From Adineta steineri (taxonomy: Eukaryota), in assembly GCA_905250115.1 (NCBI GenBank), contig CAJNOI010000182.1, forward strand, positions 44,962 to 108,961: a stretch of 64,000 bases of DNA, written 5' to 3'. The notes beneath the pieces are model-generated. The model saw only the letters and a program-made list of their open reading frames with translations, was not told where the DNA came from and ran no database searches. This document shows, one piece after another, positions 30,921-44,376 of this stretch (position 1 is its first letter; each line of letters starts with the position of its first letter). A program made the position numbers and the translations under genes.

Positions 30921-31422
30921 AAGGGAACATATTTAAGCGTACCCACAGAGATGAAGTTTAAAAGTATTTTATCGTGTAGTGACCATGTTGAATATCTCAA
31001 ATATCGACATTTTAGCTGCCCGTTCTGGGATCGAAAAAATAGCACTATTTCACATTTTTGCTATATGCTATATGCTATTGTCTGATATCACGTTTCAACG
31101 AGTTACTTTTCAAAAACTTATGGAGAATATAGTTTTTTCCAGTGAAAATACTGCATAAATTGAAACTTTTCTACGTTTAATGTGTCCATTTTCCTGGAAA
31201 AACTATTTTTTTCAGAAGTTTTCGAAAAATAACTCGTTAAAACGTGATATCAGACAATAGCATATAACATATAGCAAAAATGTGAAATAGTGCTATTTTT
31301 TCGACCTCAGAACGGGCAGCGAAAATGTCGATATTTTAGATATTCAACATGGTCATTACACGATAAAATACTTTTAAACTTCATCTCCGTGGATACACTC
31401 AAATATGTTCCCTTCTAAGTAG
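30921..31422. repeat. Foldback palindrome: two arms of about 190 bp in inverted orientation (about 93% identical) around a roughly 120 bp spacer; intergenic between glycogen phosphorylase and RCC1.
   Basis: Arm 30921-31111 (gggaacatatttaagcgtacccacagagatgaag...gatatcacgtttcaacgagttactttt) is the reverse complement of arm 31232-31422 (aaaataactcgttaaaacgtgatatcagacaatagc...cttcatctccgtggatacactcaaatatgttccc). I aligned this directly. Confidence 0.7.
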
Positions 31423-32067
31423 TACAATTCCTTCATGCTATTTTACATAATAATACGCACAACCAAATAATAATTTATTCTATAAATAGAGCTGATAATT
31501 ACTTTGAAATGTATAATATTCATATCAAATTTCATGACCTGTATTAATTAACTATCTATATTAAACACAACGATATAATGATATATGATATCGATGAATG
31601 ACTACTATGATTTGATCTTGATAGTGTATGAACATGTGTCGCCAAAGTACAATGCAATATATATAATGCATTATCATGATTAAAATTGTGACAAATTAGT
31701 TTCAACTTATCTGTCTTCATAACATATCATTGTTTTTTATCATATAATATCTACGCTTCGCTTATACGTGATATCATCATTTTTGGTTATATGATAAACA
31801 TATATTCTTTTCAAAATCTATGAATGATTATGAGAGACATCTAGAGAACTTCTTATTTAGTATGGTAATTTATGACTCGTTACTGACGACTCTTTGTCTA
31901 TGGCAAATGAAGGTAAAAGAAGTACAAAAAAATAATATACATATTTCATATCTATCAATTAATCAATAAAATCTTACAAAACTGCGTATAAGCTAGTTTT
32001 GAGTTTGTCAATTTCATTATTTATCTTTAACTTTCAGATAACCTAATTCTTTATTTTTTTATTAACA

Positions 32068-33934
32068 ATGCCCGCTTCAAGTAAAATAAATTTTCTTTTT
32101 TTTTGTAATCTTTATTCACTATTTTTAAATTCTAGCTAGAACAAAAGCTGCTCGTTTATCACCAAAAAGTAAACAAACGCCTGCAGTTAAATCTAAGAAA
32201 CGTACACTCGAAGAAGACAATGATCAACATGATGGTTTGTATTAATCAATGAACATTTTCAAATTATAATTTTATCTTATTCATAGATATACATAATGGT
32301 GATACTCAACCACAAAAACGCACAAAACCAGCACCTGAAGTCGTTCATATAACAAGTAAATTTATTTTATTTTTATCGAAACAATTTTTTAACGAAAGTT
32401 ATTTATTAGATGGTCATTCAACAAAAATTAAGCCTCGTGCAAAAACACCTTCAGCATCATCTGTAATAAATGTATCTTTTCCAGCATTTTCTCTTTCAAC
32501 AGCTGGTCAAGTATTAGCCGTCGGTGAAAATGGCATGGCACAATTAGGTCTTAAAAGTGCTATAAGTCAACGACAAAATCCTCAACCTGTTCCATTACCT
32601 GAACTTGTTATACAAATAGTTTGTGGTCCACTTCATTCCGTATGTCTTACAGAAAAAAATCAAATATTTACATTTGGTTGTAATGATGAACATGCATTGG
32701 GTAGAGTGGATAATGATGATGATGATGATGATGAAGCTGATCAATTTGGATTAGTTGATATGAGTGGAGTTATGGATATAAATCAAGAAAAAATTATTCA
32801 ATTAGTTGCAGGAGATAGTCACACATTAGTTCTATCGGATGCGGGAAAAGTTTATGGTAAAAAGAAAATAATTTTAATCTTTGTGTTTTTTTTTAATTGT
32901 TGTTTTTGTTTTTTTTGAATAGGTTGGGGTACATTTCGTTCTAGTACAACTGGTGTTTATGGTCTTGTACAAAAAGGTGTCATGGCTAAAAGTCCAGTTG
33001 AAATAATTTTACCAGAAAAAATTGTTAAATTAGCTAGTGGTTATGATTTTGTTTTGTTTCTAAGTGAAACTGGACATGTTTATTCATGTGGAAACGGTGA
33101 AACAGGTCAATTAGCTAGATTAAATCGTTATGCAGCTGAAGATGGGTTACGCGGTGGCATTGGTAAAAAAATTCAAATAAAATAATCATCATTTTTCTTC
33201 TAACAAAATTATTTTAGATCGATTAATTCGACCCGCACCAATTATCTATAATCGAATAGGAATAAAGGCTAAAAATTTATTATTTGATGATATTTTTACT
33301 GGTTCACATCATTTCTTTTTAAAAGTTCATGGTCATGATTGGATATTAGGTGGTGGATTAAATAATTTTAATCAACTCGGTAAATAGAAAATTTTCAAAT
33401 CGATAGTCTTTATCCAGCTATTTTTTTCTATAGGTTTACCGGTCGATGAACCAGTTTATTTTCCGACATTTATTCCATCACTTGAAGGTAAAAAATGGAC
33501 AAAATTTTCTGGTGGACTACATCATACACTTGGTCTAACTGCTGATGGTAAATAAAATTGTTACTTATTCAATAAAATCTCGATTTTGTTATTTTTAAGG
33601 TGAAGTTTATGCTATGGGTCGACATCACGAAGGTCAATTAGGTATTGATCAATTAACAACGCATTTATCTCAACCAACACTTATACCAAATTTATCGAAT
33701 ATCATTGATATCTCTTGTGGTAATCATGTTTCATTTGTTATTGATCGATCTGGTAAAGTGTTTTCGTTTGGTGCTGGTACATCATTACAATGTGGTCATG
33801 GTCAAGAAGATATTAAAATTCCTCGAATGATGTCATCCAAATTTATGGATATTAAAATGATTACTAATATAGCTGTTGGTGCGCAACATACGTTATTTCT
33901 TACGCATGATAATCCAAATAAAGATGAAAATTAA
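32068..33934 (+). CDS. RCC1: Regulator of chromosome condensation (RCC1), seven-bladed propeller; about 7 exons.
   Basis: ATG at 32068. A 59 bp intron joins MPAS|TRTKAARLSPKSKQTPAVKSKKRTLEE (basic NLS-like tail). RCC1 repeats follow: GQVLAVGENGMAQLG...; FTFGCNDEHALGR; GKVYGWGTFR; GHVYSCGNGETGQLAR; GEVYAMGRHHEGQLG; GKVFSFGAGTSLQCGHG. The stop is at 33932-33934. Confidence 0.8.
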
Positions 33935-34970
33935 ATAAAAAAAAGATTATTCTTTGTTATTGTTATTTGCTTTTTTTTTATGTAACGAATTTTCCCTTTT
34001 TTTTTGCTACTATGTGGAATTTTCCCTTATGAATTTTTTGTCATTTGCTTAACATAAATAAAATGAAAAAAAGAAAGAAAGATGAATAGATATGTACATT
34101 CAATTTGAATGTTTGTTTATTTTTTGTGTGTGTATTAAATAAAAGACATAGATTTTCTTTTGTAAACGACAGTATCATATTAGTTCAAGCAAGTGAATGA
34201 TTTTTTGTTCAGTTATGTAACATATTCGTAATACTTTGACCGTGATTAATCATATTTCGAGGTATTATTAACCTTGGGTTCAATATCAAGTGGTAACCCC
34301 TTCTCTTTTTTTTTGTTCTTTAAAATATCCCGAATGTACCTATAATATATTTTGTTACGCTTAATATTTCGATCAATCAACGAGTATAACTACTTCTCGA
34401 TAGAGAAAGAAATTTTGATATTGATGAACTTTTATCGTTCGAATTCTTAATATAAAAATCAATTTTAACTATTTGTGGATTTTGTTTAAATTGTTCGGAT
34501 AGTTCATCTTGAATATTCAGCATTATCAAATAGGGAACAACAACAAAAAAAATGAGAAAAGAGGAAAAGAAAAAGAAACATCCATCGTTGTAACTGTGTC
34601 TGTTTGAATTCGAGTTTTGTAATATAAAAGAAGAAGAGGAACACAAAGAATAAAGAAATCAAATACACAGTTTATGTCTCAACAGAAAAAGAAAAAGAAA
34701 AGAAATCGATGTTCACTTGTCAATAGACGAGTTTCTATCTACATAAATAGTTGGTAACATATTTCTCATCAAACATATACATATGTATATATATATATAT
34801 ATTCATAAGAAATGAAAAAAGGAAAATAGCAAACAAAAATACGGATAAATCTCTCTATTAATGATGGTAAAATTTTTAACAAAATATCAAAAGAGAAAGA
34901 ATGTTTTGTTTTCAATTGACAACACACACTCGGTTTCGACTAGCACAACAATAGATGATCTTTTATTCAG

Positions 34971-36148
34971 TTAAAATGTGTCTAGAGAATTATCATCTAC
35001 CATTCCATTTGAAGATGCAGATGGATCTGATGGTTGATGATTAATATTATTCGTTCGGGAATATTCCTATAGAAAAAGATAAAAACATTCAAGAAAAAAA
35101 ATCTCTTCAAAAACTTACTGTGACAGGTACAATGGGATAATTCGTCCAGCCAGTTACATTACTAGCATCTGAATTAGACCCTAAAAAAGAATAGTTTTAT
35201 TCTGATTTTTTCATTAAAAATATTTACATCTCGTAGATTGAAATGGATTTGTCGGAGATGTTTGATAAAGTAAATTATTAGGTGATTGTTGTATACCCAT
35301 TTGATTGGTCATTTGTTGTGGATAATTATTCACATTCATACCTAGTGAATGACATTGTTCAAGTTGTTGAGTTATACCCATTAATCCTCCTTCTTCAACA
35401 CTAGCAATTAACCATATCGGATCTAAATTAAATAATTAAATTATAAGTATTATATTTAAAGAATAATTTTACCTCCAAAAGGTACACCAGCTAATGTAAA
35501 TAGACGCCATTGTGATCTAATTATTTTCGACGTAGTTGGACTGGTTATATCAACAGAAATATTTGTTTGTTCACCTGGTGCTAATGTACCAACATAAATA
35601 TCATCTCGATCTTGTAATCGATCACCATTAACAAAACGTAATGAACAATTACTTGGCCATGGTTCACTACCTTATATTAATAAATAGAAAGAAAACGATA
35701 TTTTTAAATTAAAAAATTAGTATATAACAAAATTACCATTATTTTCTACACGCCAAGTTTTTACAAATCTTGTATTAGGTGGAATGGCTTCGCCTTCACC
35801 AACGGTAACATCAGCAACAAAACGCATTTGAGGAATTTTATCTGTTGGCATTTCAGCATCATAATAAGCAAGTATAGCTTCATTTAAATTCCTAGATTAA
35901 TTAATAATCTTTTATTTAGCTTTCTTTTTTATCAAAAAATCTAGTAATTATTTTTATTTACCAATTACTCATTTCAAGAAAAAAAGCACAACCCTCATCT
36001 GTTAATATCGCATTTGTAGTTGAACGAAATTGTGCAATTAAATCTTCACGATTACTTGTTGTAATTGATCGTAATCTTTCCATTAAATCTTCATCCAAAT
36101 TTGACATGCCAGTATTGGATGATGATATAGGTTCGGAATCAATATCCA
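34971..36148 (-). CDS. ILRUN: ILRUN (C6orf106-like): UBA-like N-terminus plus NBR1-type Ig-like domain.
   Basis: ATG at 36148 opens MDIDSEPISS...; the ORF-track M at 36185 is a TTG codon. GCAFFLEMSNWNLNEAILAYYD, FVADVTVGEGEAIPPNTRFVKTWRVENNG and IWLIASVEEGGLMGITQQLEQ are collinear with human ILRUN. The stop is at 34971-34973. Confidence 0.8.
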
Positions 36149-36633
36149 TTAGCACAATACAATAAATGAAAAAAAAAGAAAACAAAATCTAAAAACAAAG
36201 TATATATATATAAACATATCGTTTGCATATTGATGTATCTTTTCTTTTTGTAAATAACAACAATGACGATACAAAAATAATAGACCTTCACATGTGCTCA
36301 TGTATGCCGATAGTAAAGAAAAGGAAAGAGAAAAAAAGAAAACTCGAGAAACTAATCGATGTTTACATAATGATCCTTGAATGATGAAGTGTATTGGCTT
36401 ATTTCCAATAAAGTTTCGTCCATCTGTTATCAATAAGATTTTACTAAGAAAAACGAATTGAAATGATATATGAACAAAAATGAATCATAATGACATCATT
36501 ATTATTCTTTATCAGATTAGAAAACGCAAAGAATATAATATATATAAAAAAAAAGAACAAATCTAATAAAATAATCATAAGTAATGAGTATTTTTTTGTC
36601 GAAAAGATTATGATTAGGTATTGTTGATGATCA

Positions 36634-36885
36634 TCATGGAATCAATACAGCCGATAAATTTGGTATTGTCGATTGTAAAATATTATGAATATGAAATGGC
36701 ATATAAACAAAAGCCGAATAAGTAACAAGTGTGATGATCGAAAGAAAAATGCTCATCAGAAATATTCTTTCCCATGGTTCCATAACATAGAGCGTAGTCA
36801 CCAAAAGAAATTGCATATACAGATGTTGAATAGATTCATAGAACGAATTGTACCAGGATGATTTTTTCTTTTGTTTTGTTTTCAT
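36634..36885 (-). CDS. Serine palmitoyltransferase small subunit (SPTSSA/B-like), paralog 1; single exon.
   Basis: MKTKQKKKSSWYNSFYESIQHLYMQFLLVTTLYVMEPWERIFL... compares with human SPTSSA MSWFYYQYLLVTALYMLEPWERTVF. ATG at 36885; the product is a 2-TM microprotein. Confidence 0.75.
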   Translation of the reverse strand: MKTKQKKKSSWYNSFYESIQHLYMQFLLVTTLYVMEPWERIFLMSIFLSIITLVTYSAFVYMPFHIHNILQSTIPNLSAVLIP

Positions 36886-38143
36886 CTATGTAGAGCAAAG
36901 ATAAATTCAATTAGAAAAGTAAGTTTTCGATGACCTTAATTTAGTAATAATAATAATAAAACATTATATTTACCGTAAAATCATTGTTGTTCATTGTTGT
37001 TACGTTCATGTATGAAGTTCGATTTGTAATGCTCATTGTTGACAACCAGCAATTTACTCTACTTTTGATTTAAAACACTCGTAAATGAGTTAATGTATGC
37101 CGTTCGATAAAGACAAAATAAAAAGAATATGAAAGCTACCGTGGCAACGCACTAGAGACAAATAAGTGATTGCGTTCGTAGGATGGAAATGACTATGCAA
37201 CTCACAATCCGTCAAAATACAGAGAGAGAGAAAAAGTGAATTTTAAAATAGTGACGATGCAAAAAAAAACTAACGGAGCATTATGCCTTTTAAAAGTAAG
37301 AAGAAAATATATTGAAGAAAAGGTACACCTAGTTTATTTCAGTTGTAATTACAGGCGTTGATATGATAGTGGGTTTTAACAAAAGAAGAGTCATTCTATG
37401 TATAAACATGTAATAGATGAAGAAAGAAAAAGAAAAAAATCAACCACGCGCATAGAATAATCCGTACCAACGAATAGTTAATGTAAGCATTTCAGATACA
37501 TCATAACAAGTATGGCAAAAACGATATGATTAAAGACGTTATACATACTACGCTCAGGTAAGTCAATTTTGTACGCAATGCTCTCTCACGTATAAATTGT
37601 TTCTTCGCGAGATCTATGAAAGAAAATAAACAAAAATATAACTTGAAGGCGTTCATAAGAATATTATTGATCTTTATGTATAGACATTGCTAAACAAAAA
37701 ATATTAGGAACATACCTCAAGATCATCAGTAAGACTCAACGTAAACCGCGTACAGAATACAGCCTAGACATTCAAAAATAATAGATCGTTGACAGTTTCA
37801 CTGGACTTTCAAAAATTTGCTCGATGAAATATATAAAATCATAGTTCTCTGTTTTCTAAAGTTCTTTCGATTAAAAACAGTAATTTCGAAAAACGCAGCA
37901 GGTAACAAAAATTTTATACTGATCGAAAGATTAGTTTAGTATTATATATTAAACTTTAAGGTTTACAAATAGAATAAAATAATTTGATTATTTTTCTTTT
38001 CAGTTTAAATTTTTTATTCTAACCTTTTTACAGGTATAATCAAATAGATAAACCAATAACTGATTTGTTTAAAATGTTGTCGTTAATTATGTTAAAAATT
38101 AGAAAACAAAAAGAATGTTTACGAGAAATATTTTTGTTATTGA

Positions 38144-38347
38144 TCAGGAATAAAACTGAATCATTGAACGAACATGATGTGGAAGGAAAACAAATGCAGA
38201 ATAAAGTGCTGTGGATATAATAGCAAATAAAAATGCTGAAAAAAGTGCACGTTCCCATGGTTCAAGCATATATAATGCTGTATTGAGAAGATATTGAAGA
38301 TAAAGCCAATGAATAAATTTAAAAAAACGACGAACACTTTCCAACAT
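38144..38347 (-). CDS. Serine palmitoyltransferase small subunit, paralog 2; tandem duplicate.
   Basis: MLESVRRFFKFIHWLYLQYLLNTALYMLEPWERALFSAFLF.. has the same signature. ATG at 38347. An acceptor, ttttttttatatttcag, lies 39 nt upstream. Confidence 0.75.
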   Translation of the reverse strand: MLESVRRFFKFIHWLYLQYLLNTALYMLEPWERALFSAFLFAIISTALYSAFVFLPHHVRSMIQFYS

Positions 38348-38685
38348 TTTGCAATACTCTTAATGTTGTCTTGAATTACGTCTATCTGAAATATAAAAAA
38401 AAACGTTTACATTATCCTTCAATTTTAAATATGAAAATCATCTGATGATCGTTCGATGCAAAAAAAACGACAAACAAAAATAGAAACAAAAGATCAATAT
38501 GATTAGATGACTCAGAGTAATCAAATGAAATGAATAACCAATACCTCTATTGATATTGAAGGAGTAGAAAATTTGAAATGAAGAAAGGAAAAAGATCGAT
38601 AAATAAAGATGGTAGCTTGTCGCACGAGGGGAAAATGTCAATAAAGAAGATAGATGGAACTCGGTATAACATATGATAGCGACCT

Positions 38686-39601
38686 CTAGTGGAAATAATG
38701 ATCGACAGAACGAAACGTAAATATATATCGATCGATAAATGTAATAGTCATCTTACTTAATGATCGATTTCTTTTTCCACGTCGTTTATTTGGTGTTAAA
38801 CTAGTATTCGACGCTCGATGTACAACAATCTGCGGCGATTTTGTACGGTGAAGTTCGTGATTTGATGAGGATAATTGATCAGTTGTGGTACTTGTCATCG
38901 ATTCATTAGATAACGTTTCCGATAAGGAATCAGTAGAAGATAAATTAGAAATTGTATCATTAGATATATCGGTTGACGAAGAAGAAGAACTAACAGTATC
39001 AGCAAATGTATTGTCACTTGAATTATATTTATTGTTTTTCTTTTTTAATGATGTTGAACGTTGTGACCTTTCCAATGGATGTTTTCCATCGGAAGAAGTT
39101 AATCGATCATTATGTACTTCTGAGATTCGCTATAATATGACATTCTGATTCTATGATTTTCATGAATCATAATTTTCACTTACCAGTTTCTCAATATAGA
39201 GTTGATAGTATTTAAGTCCATATTTAATCGCCTCACGTCTTAATTCTTCAGGTAAAGATAATGGCTGACATTATTTCGAGAAGGTTTTTATTTAAACAAA
39301 TCTCAATATACATATACATTACTTGTCTATTAAAAACTTGTTCATAAGCTGCAAGTGATACTAATTGAAGCGCAGGTAAACGTTCTTCATATGATTTTTG
39401 AATTTCATTGGAAATTGTACGTAGTTCTTCTCTAAGATAAATATTACGTAAGGATATCAACCGACTAGCAACAATTTCTGGTTGTGTACATTTTGATATA
39501 TAATTATCCGCTATTTTCATAGAGAATAAAATAAAATATTCTATCGATGAAAAGCGGGAAGTTTTATCTATGAAATTTGAATCTTTGATATTCTTACACA
39601 C
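38686..39601 (-). CDS. Serine-rich hypothetical protein; two ORF segments (39248..39601 and 38686..39075), boundaries uncertain.
   Basis: Long open frames on the minus strand. The C-terminal part is a low-complexity Ser/Thr-rich tract (SSSSTDISNDTISNLSSTDSLSETLSNESMTSTTTDQLSSSNHELHRTKSPQ). No recognisable domain. Confidence 0.3.
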
Positions 39602-39667
39602 AAAAAAAAGATGAAAATGGTAATGTACTATTATCTATTTATATTAAATAACTCAATGTAGTTTTAA

Positions 39668-40983
39668 AATTTATCAAATAAATTATATTCTTCGAATGTA
39701 CATTGTGATGCTTCAAGAGGTTCATCATGAAATAATTCAAAATTTTGTGTATCACCAGGATGATCAACTATGGGTATAATTGGAGGCTAGATAAAAGTAT
39801 AATTGAAATGTTTTGCTTTTTTTAATAAAGAAACATTTCTTACTCGAATTTTTTGTTCTATAATATCTGCCCATGAAACTTGTTTAAACCATCGATGTTG
39901 TTTTATATCATTGACACCACCTGCCATACATCCAAGACGACGTGTTCGATCTCGTTCAAGAAGCTTTCGAATTAAATTACGTCCCATTCGATCAATAATT
40001 CTATATATATATACATACACTCATAGATACTAAACTGCATAATAAAATGTTTTTTTTACTCCGAATGACATGGTGGTACATTTGGCCAAGGAATAGGTGC
40101 ATGTAAAATTCTAATAAAGATATGTGATGGATGATTTTGATGACCAGTTCCAGCAAATGGAGTTCGCCCTACATGTAATTCGTAAATTAAAATACCTAAT
40201 GCATACCAATCAACACCAAGTGAATGGCCACTCGTTGAAAGAATCATTTCAGGTGCAAGATATTCTGGAGTACCACATAATGTATATGTTCTATAAATAA
40301 AATAATAATAATAATATATATATACTTGAAAATATCATATTTTCTGTTAACCTTTCTGGTACGTATTTTGAAAAACCAAAATCAGTTAATTTAACATGTC
40401 CAGTAGCATCGAGTACAAGATTTTCTAATTTAAGATCTCTAAAGTTCAATAAAACTATCAATCAGCAAAACAAAAAAGAATATACGCTTGATTTATTATT
40501 ATACCTATAAACAATGGAAAGGTTATGTAAATATTCTAAGGCAAGTATAATTTCACAGGCGTAAAATCTGATAGCAGAACCTTTAAAACGACCAGCTTGA
40601 CGAAAATAAGAAAAGAGTTCACCACCTGGTAAAAATTCCATTGAAAAATATAAATAACGACTATCACGATAAGATCCATAGCTAAAAATAAAAAACGTTG
40701 ATATAACGACGTCTTTACATTCAAAACTTACAAACGAACAATAGAAGGATGTTGAATAGTCGCGAGAATACTTCGTTCATTATTAACATGATTAACTTGT
40801 TTAAGTTGTATTATATCTCGAATAGCCATCATTTTTAATGCATAATATTTCTCACAATTTTCGACATATTGACGTGTTAAAACAACTCTACTAAATGTTC
40901 CAATACCTAATCAAGAATTATATATAGTTAATTAAAGTAATTGTATAAATCGTGTTACCAATAGTTGTTACTAACTCTTCCAT
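39668..40983 (-). CDS. cAMP-dependent (PKA/PRKX-like) AGC protein kinase catalytic subunit; about 6 exons.
   Basis: I spliced: MEELVTTIG|[47 protein letters not shown]... Then ..[19 protein letters not shown]..; ..[38 protein letters not shown]..; and the AGC tail [36 protein letters not shown]. The stop is near 39668. An upstream N-terminal exon is possible. Confidence 0.8.
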
Positions 40984-41589
40984 TATTTTGACTGTATCAA
41001 TATCTCGTGGTTATTTCTTCTTGTTAATATCAAGACAATCAAACTAATGGAAGGACAAAAAACAGACATGCAGAAACATTATTATGTATTAGTCGTCCGT
41101 CTATTTATCAATATATGTCCTTGGATAAGATATATGTCAGTATGTCAAGCAAAAACAAGTATGTTCCATGTCCATAAACATAGTATCTTATTTTATTTAT
41201 ATACTTTTGTCAAATATTGAAAAAATTACACACAGAAAAATGAACAAAAGAAAAAACGATAACTATTGATGAGAAAAAGAAAACAAACAAACGAAATGAG
41301 AGTCGCTTAGCGAATTAATTATATTAAACTGGAGCAACATTTAATGGTGAAGCAAGTTCTCGTTGTCGACGAATTAGATTCTATAGAAAAGAAAAATCAT
41401 TTATAACAATAGAAGAAAAAAAACAGAATAAAATACACATACCTCTTTGATCGTTGATAATTGTTGTAAGATATGTTCTTGTTTTGTTGTAGGTGCACTG
41501 TATTGTGGTGTTTGTGCAACAGGATATTGTCGATTTGTATTATCCCATTCTCGTTGTTGATAATTACCATTTGTAGTAGGCTAAAATAT

Positions 41590-44376
41590 TTAAAATAGAA
41601 TAGAAATTTCAGTGTTCATACATACTTCAGATATTTGTTTCTGAGATGTTGTTTCTATGGGTTGTGAATAAATTTTATTTGATTCATTTACATCATCTGA
41701 TTGTGTATATGGTGCATAATTATCATATCTATCTAATGATGAAACACGATTTGAAGTATAGTCATCATCTGTTTTTGTGTGATTTGATGATGGATATTTT
41801 GTTCCATAAGCTTCTTGTTGTTGTGATTGTTGTTTATTTTGTCCTTTAAGTAAATTCATAATACTTTCATCTTTATGATTGCCATAACTTGTTGTTTTCG
41901 GTACTGTTGAACGTGTACGATTCATTTGACCTTGTTTGTTTTGTTGAATGTCACCATCACTATTCCAACGATTATAACATGTTTTCTTTTGTACATCATC
42001 AACACAATCATAATTTCCCAATTGAAGTTGTTTAAGACGTTGTCGTGTTTCATAATTTGGATCACGTTTTGAATTTGGAACATATTCACCACGTTTCTCT
42101 TTATTGTAATTCCATATTGGACGTTGTTGAGTATCAATTACATCAGAATTTGGACGATTACCATTCATTTGAGATTTTCTACCAACATTATTTGAATTTG
42201 ATCCTGGTGTTTGTCGATTATCATCAACAGAATTCACACGAGTGGGTTTTTTATTACGATTATGATTAGAAGCTTGAGGAGGTAAATCTGAATCATCATA
42301 ACCATTGGGCATTCGTCGATTTGGTGGTATTCGAAGATCTGTTTGAATACCATGATCACTAGAAGAATAACAAGAGAAAGATAGATTATTAGAAATAGAA
42401 ATTTTATTATTCTAACCTTCGAAAAGTTGCATCAACTGTATTTACCGCTTCATCTCGACGTGCATCTATTTGTCTATAAGCTTGTTGTTGATTACTACCA
42501 ACATTTAAATGTGATGTATCATAATCTGAACCAAAAATATTTCCACCTGTATTTTGATTTAATAATGAACCTATATTGATTTAATATTAATAAAATAGAA
42601 TAAAATATTCAGATTTATTACCTGCATATGTTTGCTTTTCTGATGTATTATTTTGATTAAATTTATTTGAATCTCGACCTATATGATTTGATGTATCTGA
42701 TGATTGTTGATGTCGATTAGCAGCTTCTTGAACGAGTGGATTAACATTCTCACGTAAAAAATCTTGTCGACGTTCGGTTTCTTGTTGACCATATTTTTTA
42801 CGTTTATTATCTTCAATTTGTTTATGTAAATCATTTAACCATTGACGACGTTCTATTTCTTTTACATTATCAACATCATCTTGATGACGACTATTACCAA
42901 ATGCTATATTTGTTCGCATAGCAGCTGGCACACGTGTTCTATCACTAGGAAGAATAGAAGATGAAGAATTATCGTATGGTTGCGGTTGAGAAACTGGTGG
43001 TGCACGATATGGTAAAGTTGCATTCGTTTGTGGTGGTAGTGGTGGTGGTTGCTATAAAAAAAAAAGAAATAAGAAATATTTTAATGAATGAGATAATGAG
43101 ACAAACAGAGGTTCGTGGTGGATTTTCGTTGATTTTAGGAGCACCAGCACCTGAACGTCCAAATGGATCCCATAGTTGATTTTTTTCCGCTGAAAACAAA
43201 GATTTAATAGATAGAATTTTTCTTCTATTTTAAACTATACCATTTTCTTGTTTCCATTGTACTTGTTTTTTTTCCATTAATCGTGTTTTATATGTATCTT
43301 GACTTGATTCTAATAGAATAAATGAAGATTATTACATTTTCATTCTTTCTTTTTACCATCATTATTTCTCGTTGACATATCATATTGATGACCATTTTGT
43401 TTTGACGATTGTGGAAGTGGTGGTGGTATAATTGGTACATTAGTGATAGTAGGTACTTGCTTATTTGGTGGTGGAAAATCATATTGAAATGTTGATCGTT
43501 CTAAAATATGAAAAAAAACGAGCGTGATACATTTGATTTATTTCTATCATATGATTATACGAGAAGATATTGAATCCTTTTTATAACGAGGAGATAATTG
43601 ATGTTTTAGCTGATCATATTCAATTTCGAGTTTCATTCGTTCAATTTCCGCTAGAATACCAATCATATAGATTTCATTGAAACAAATTTTCAAAATTTTT
43701 ACCTTTCTCTCGCATCCATTTTTGACGTTTTTTGTCTAATGCTGCTTCATCTTGAGCTGAAATTTTCGGTGGTGGTGGTGGTAGTGGTGGAGCTGGAGGT
43801 TGGTCTAATGCTAAATCTAAATTAGGAACAACCGGTGGAACTTTTGGTTCATGATATTGTTGTCGTGGTGGGGATGGAGCTAAATCATTCACAATAAATC
43901 TTAAAAAAAAATATATGATAAAATCTTTTAACATACCTCTTGGTTCATGATTAGTATTGATATCACCTAGAATAATGAAGATTAATATTCGAAGATTTAT
44001 TTTCATATTTTACTTTTAGCATTCTCTTTGACAGCATTGACAAGATCAGCTATTTCATCCATAGTCATATAGACTCCTAATTTCGAATTGTCCTCATTAA
44101 CTTGTTTTTGATTTGTTGACTGCTCAGTTCTATTTGGTTGTCTTTTTGTTTCATATTCAGCTGGATATTTTTGATTATTTATTTTATTTTTTTGTTCTGA
44201 CTGACGATTTATCGTATTTATTGCTCGACTATTTCGTTTTGATTTTGCTCTTGTTGACGAATTATCTATAACAAAATTTCGAATTAAAACCAAAAATTTT
44301 AATAAATAATTAACAAACCGATTGGTTCAAAAAATATTTGAGGTTTCCCATCAACAAGTTGTGTACGAAAATTCAT
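41590..44376 (-). CDS. Large low-complexity (Asn/Gln/Pro-rich) protein of unknown family; multi-exon.
   Basis: ATG at 44376 (MNFRTQLVDGKPQIFFEPI|DNSSTRAKSKR...). Exons are ..MTMDEIADLVNAVKENAKSKI; ..PPAPPLPPPPPKISAQDEAALDKKRQKWMREKG; 42587..42931; and a terminal exon 41590..42312 ending at the stop. Confidence 0.45.

Noticed and set aside
32700-32760. Poly-Asp run (DNDDDDDDEADQ) within RCC1 considered as a microsatellite expansion anomaly
   Set aside because: It is in frame and inside a surface loop between propeller blades where RCC1 homologues tolerate acidic insertions. It is not evidence of a pseudogene.
36149-36185. ORF-track N-terminal extensions (MFSFFFIYCIVL before MDIDSEP; also 46364 MIK before MQTVND; 6549 MRTPL)
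   Set aside because: The first codon is TTG (or another non-ATG) when checked in the sequence, because the ORF tool uses alternative starts. True initiators are the downstream ATGs.
39248-39601. Possibility that ORF 39248..39601 is a C-terminal extension of the PKA-like kinase
   Set aside because: I traced the kinase's own AGC tail ...EEYNLFDKF to a stop near 39668, upstream of this ORF. So 39248..39601 belongs to a separate (Ser-rich) gene or is non-coding.
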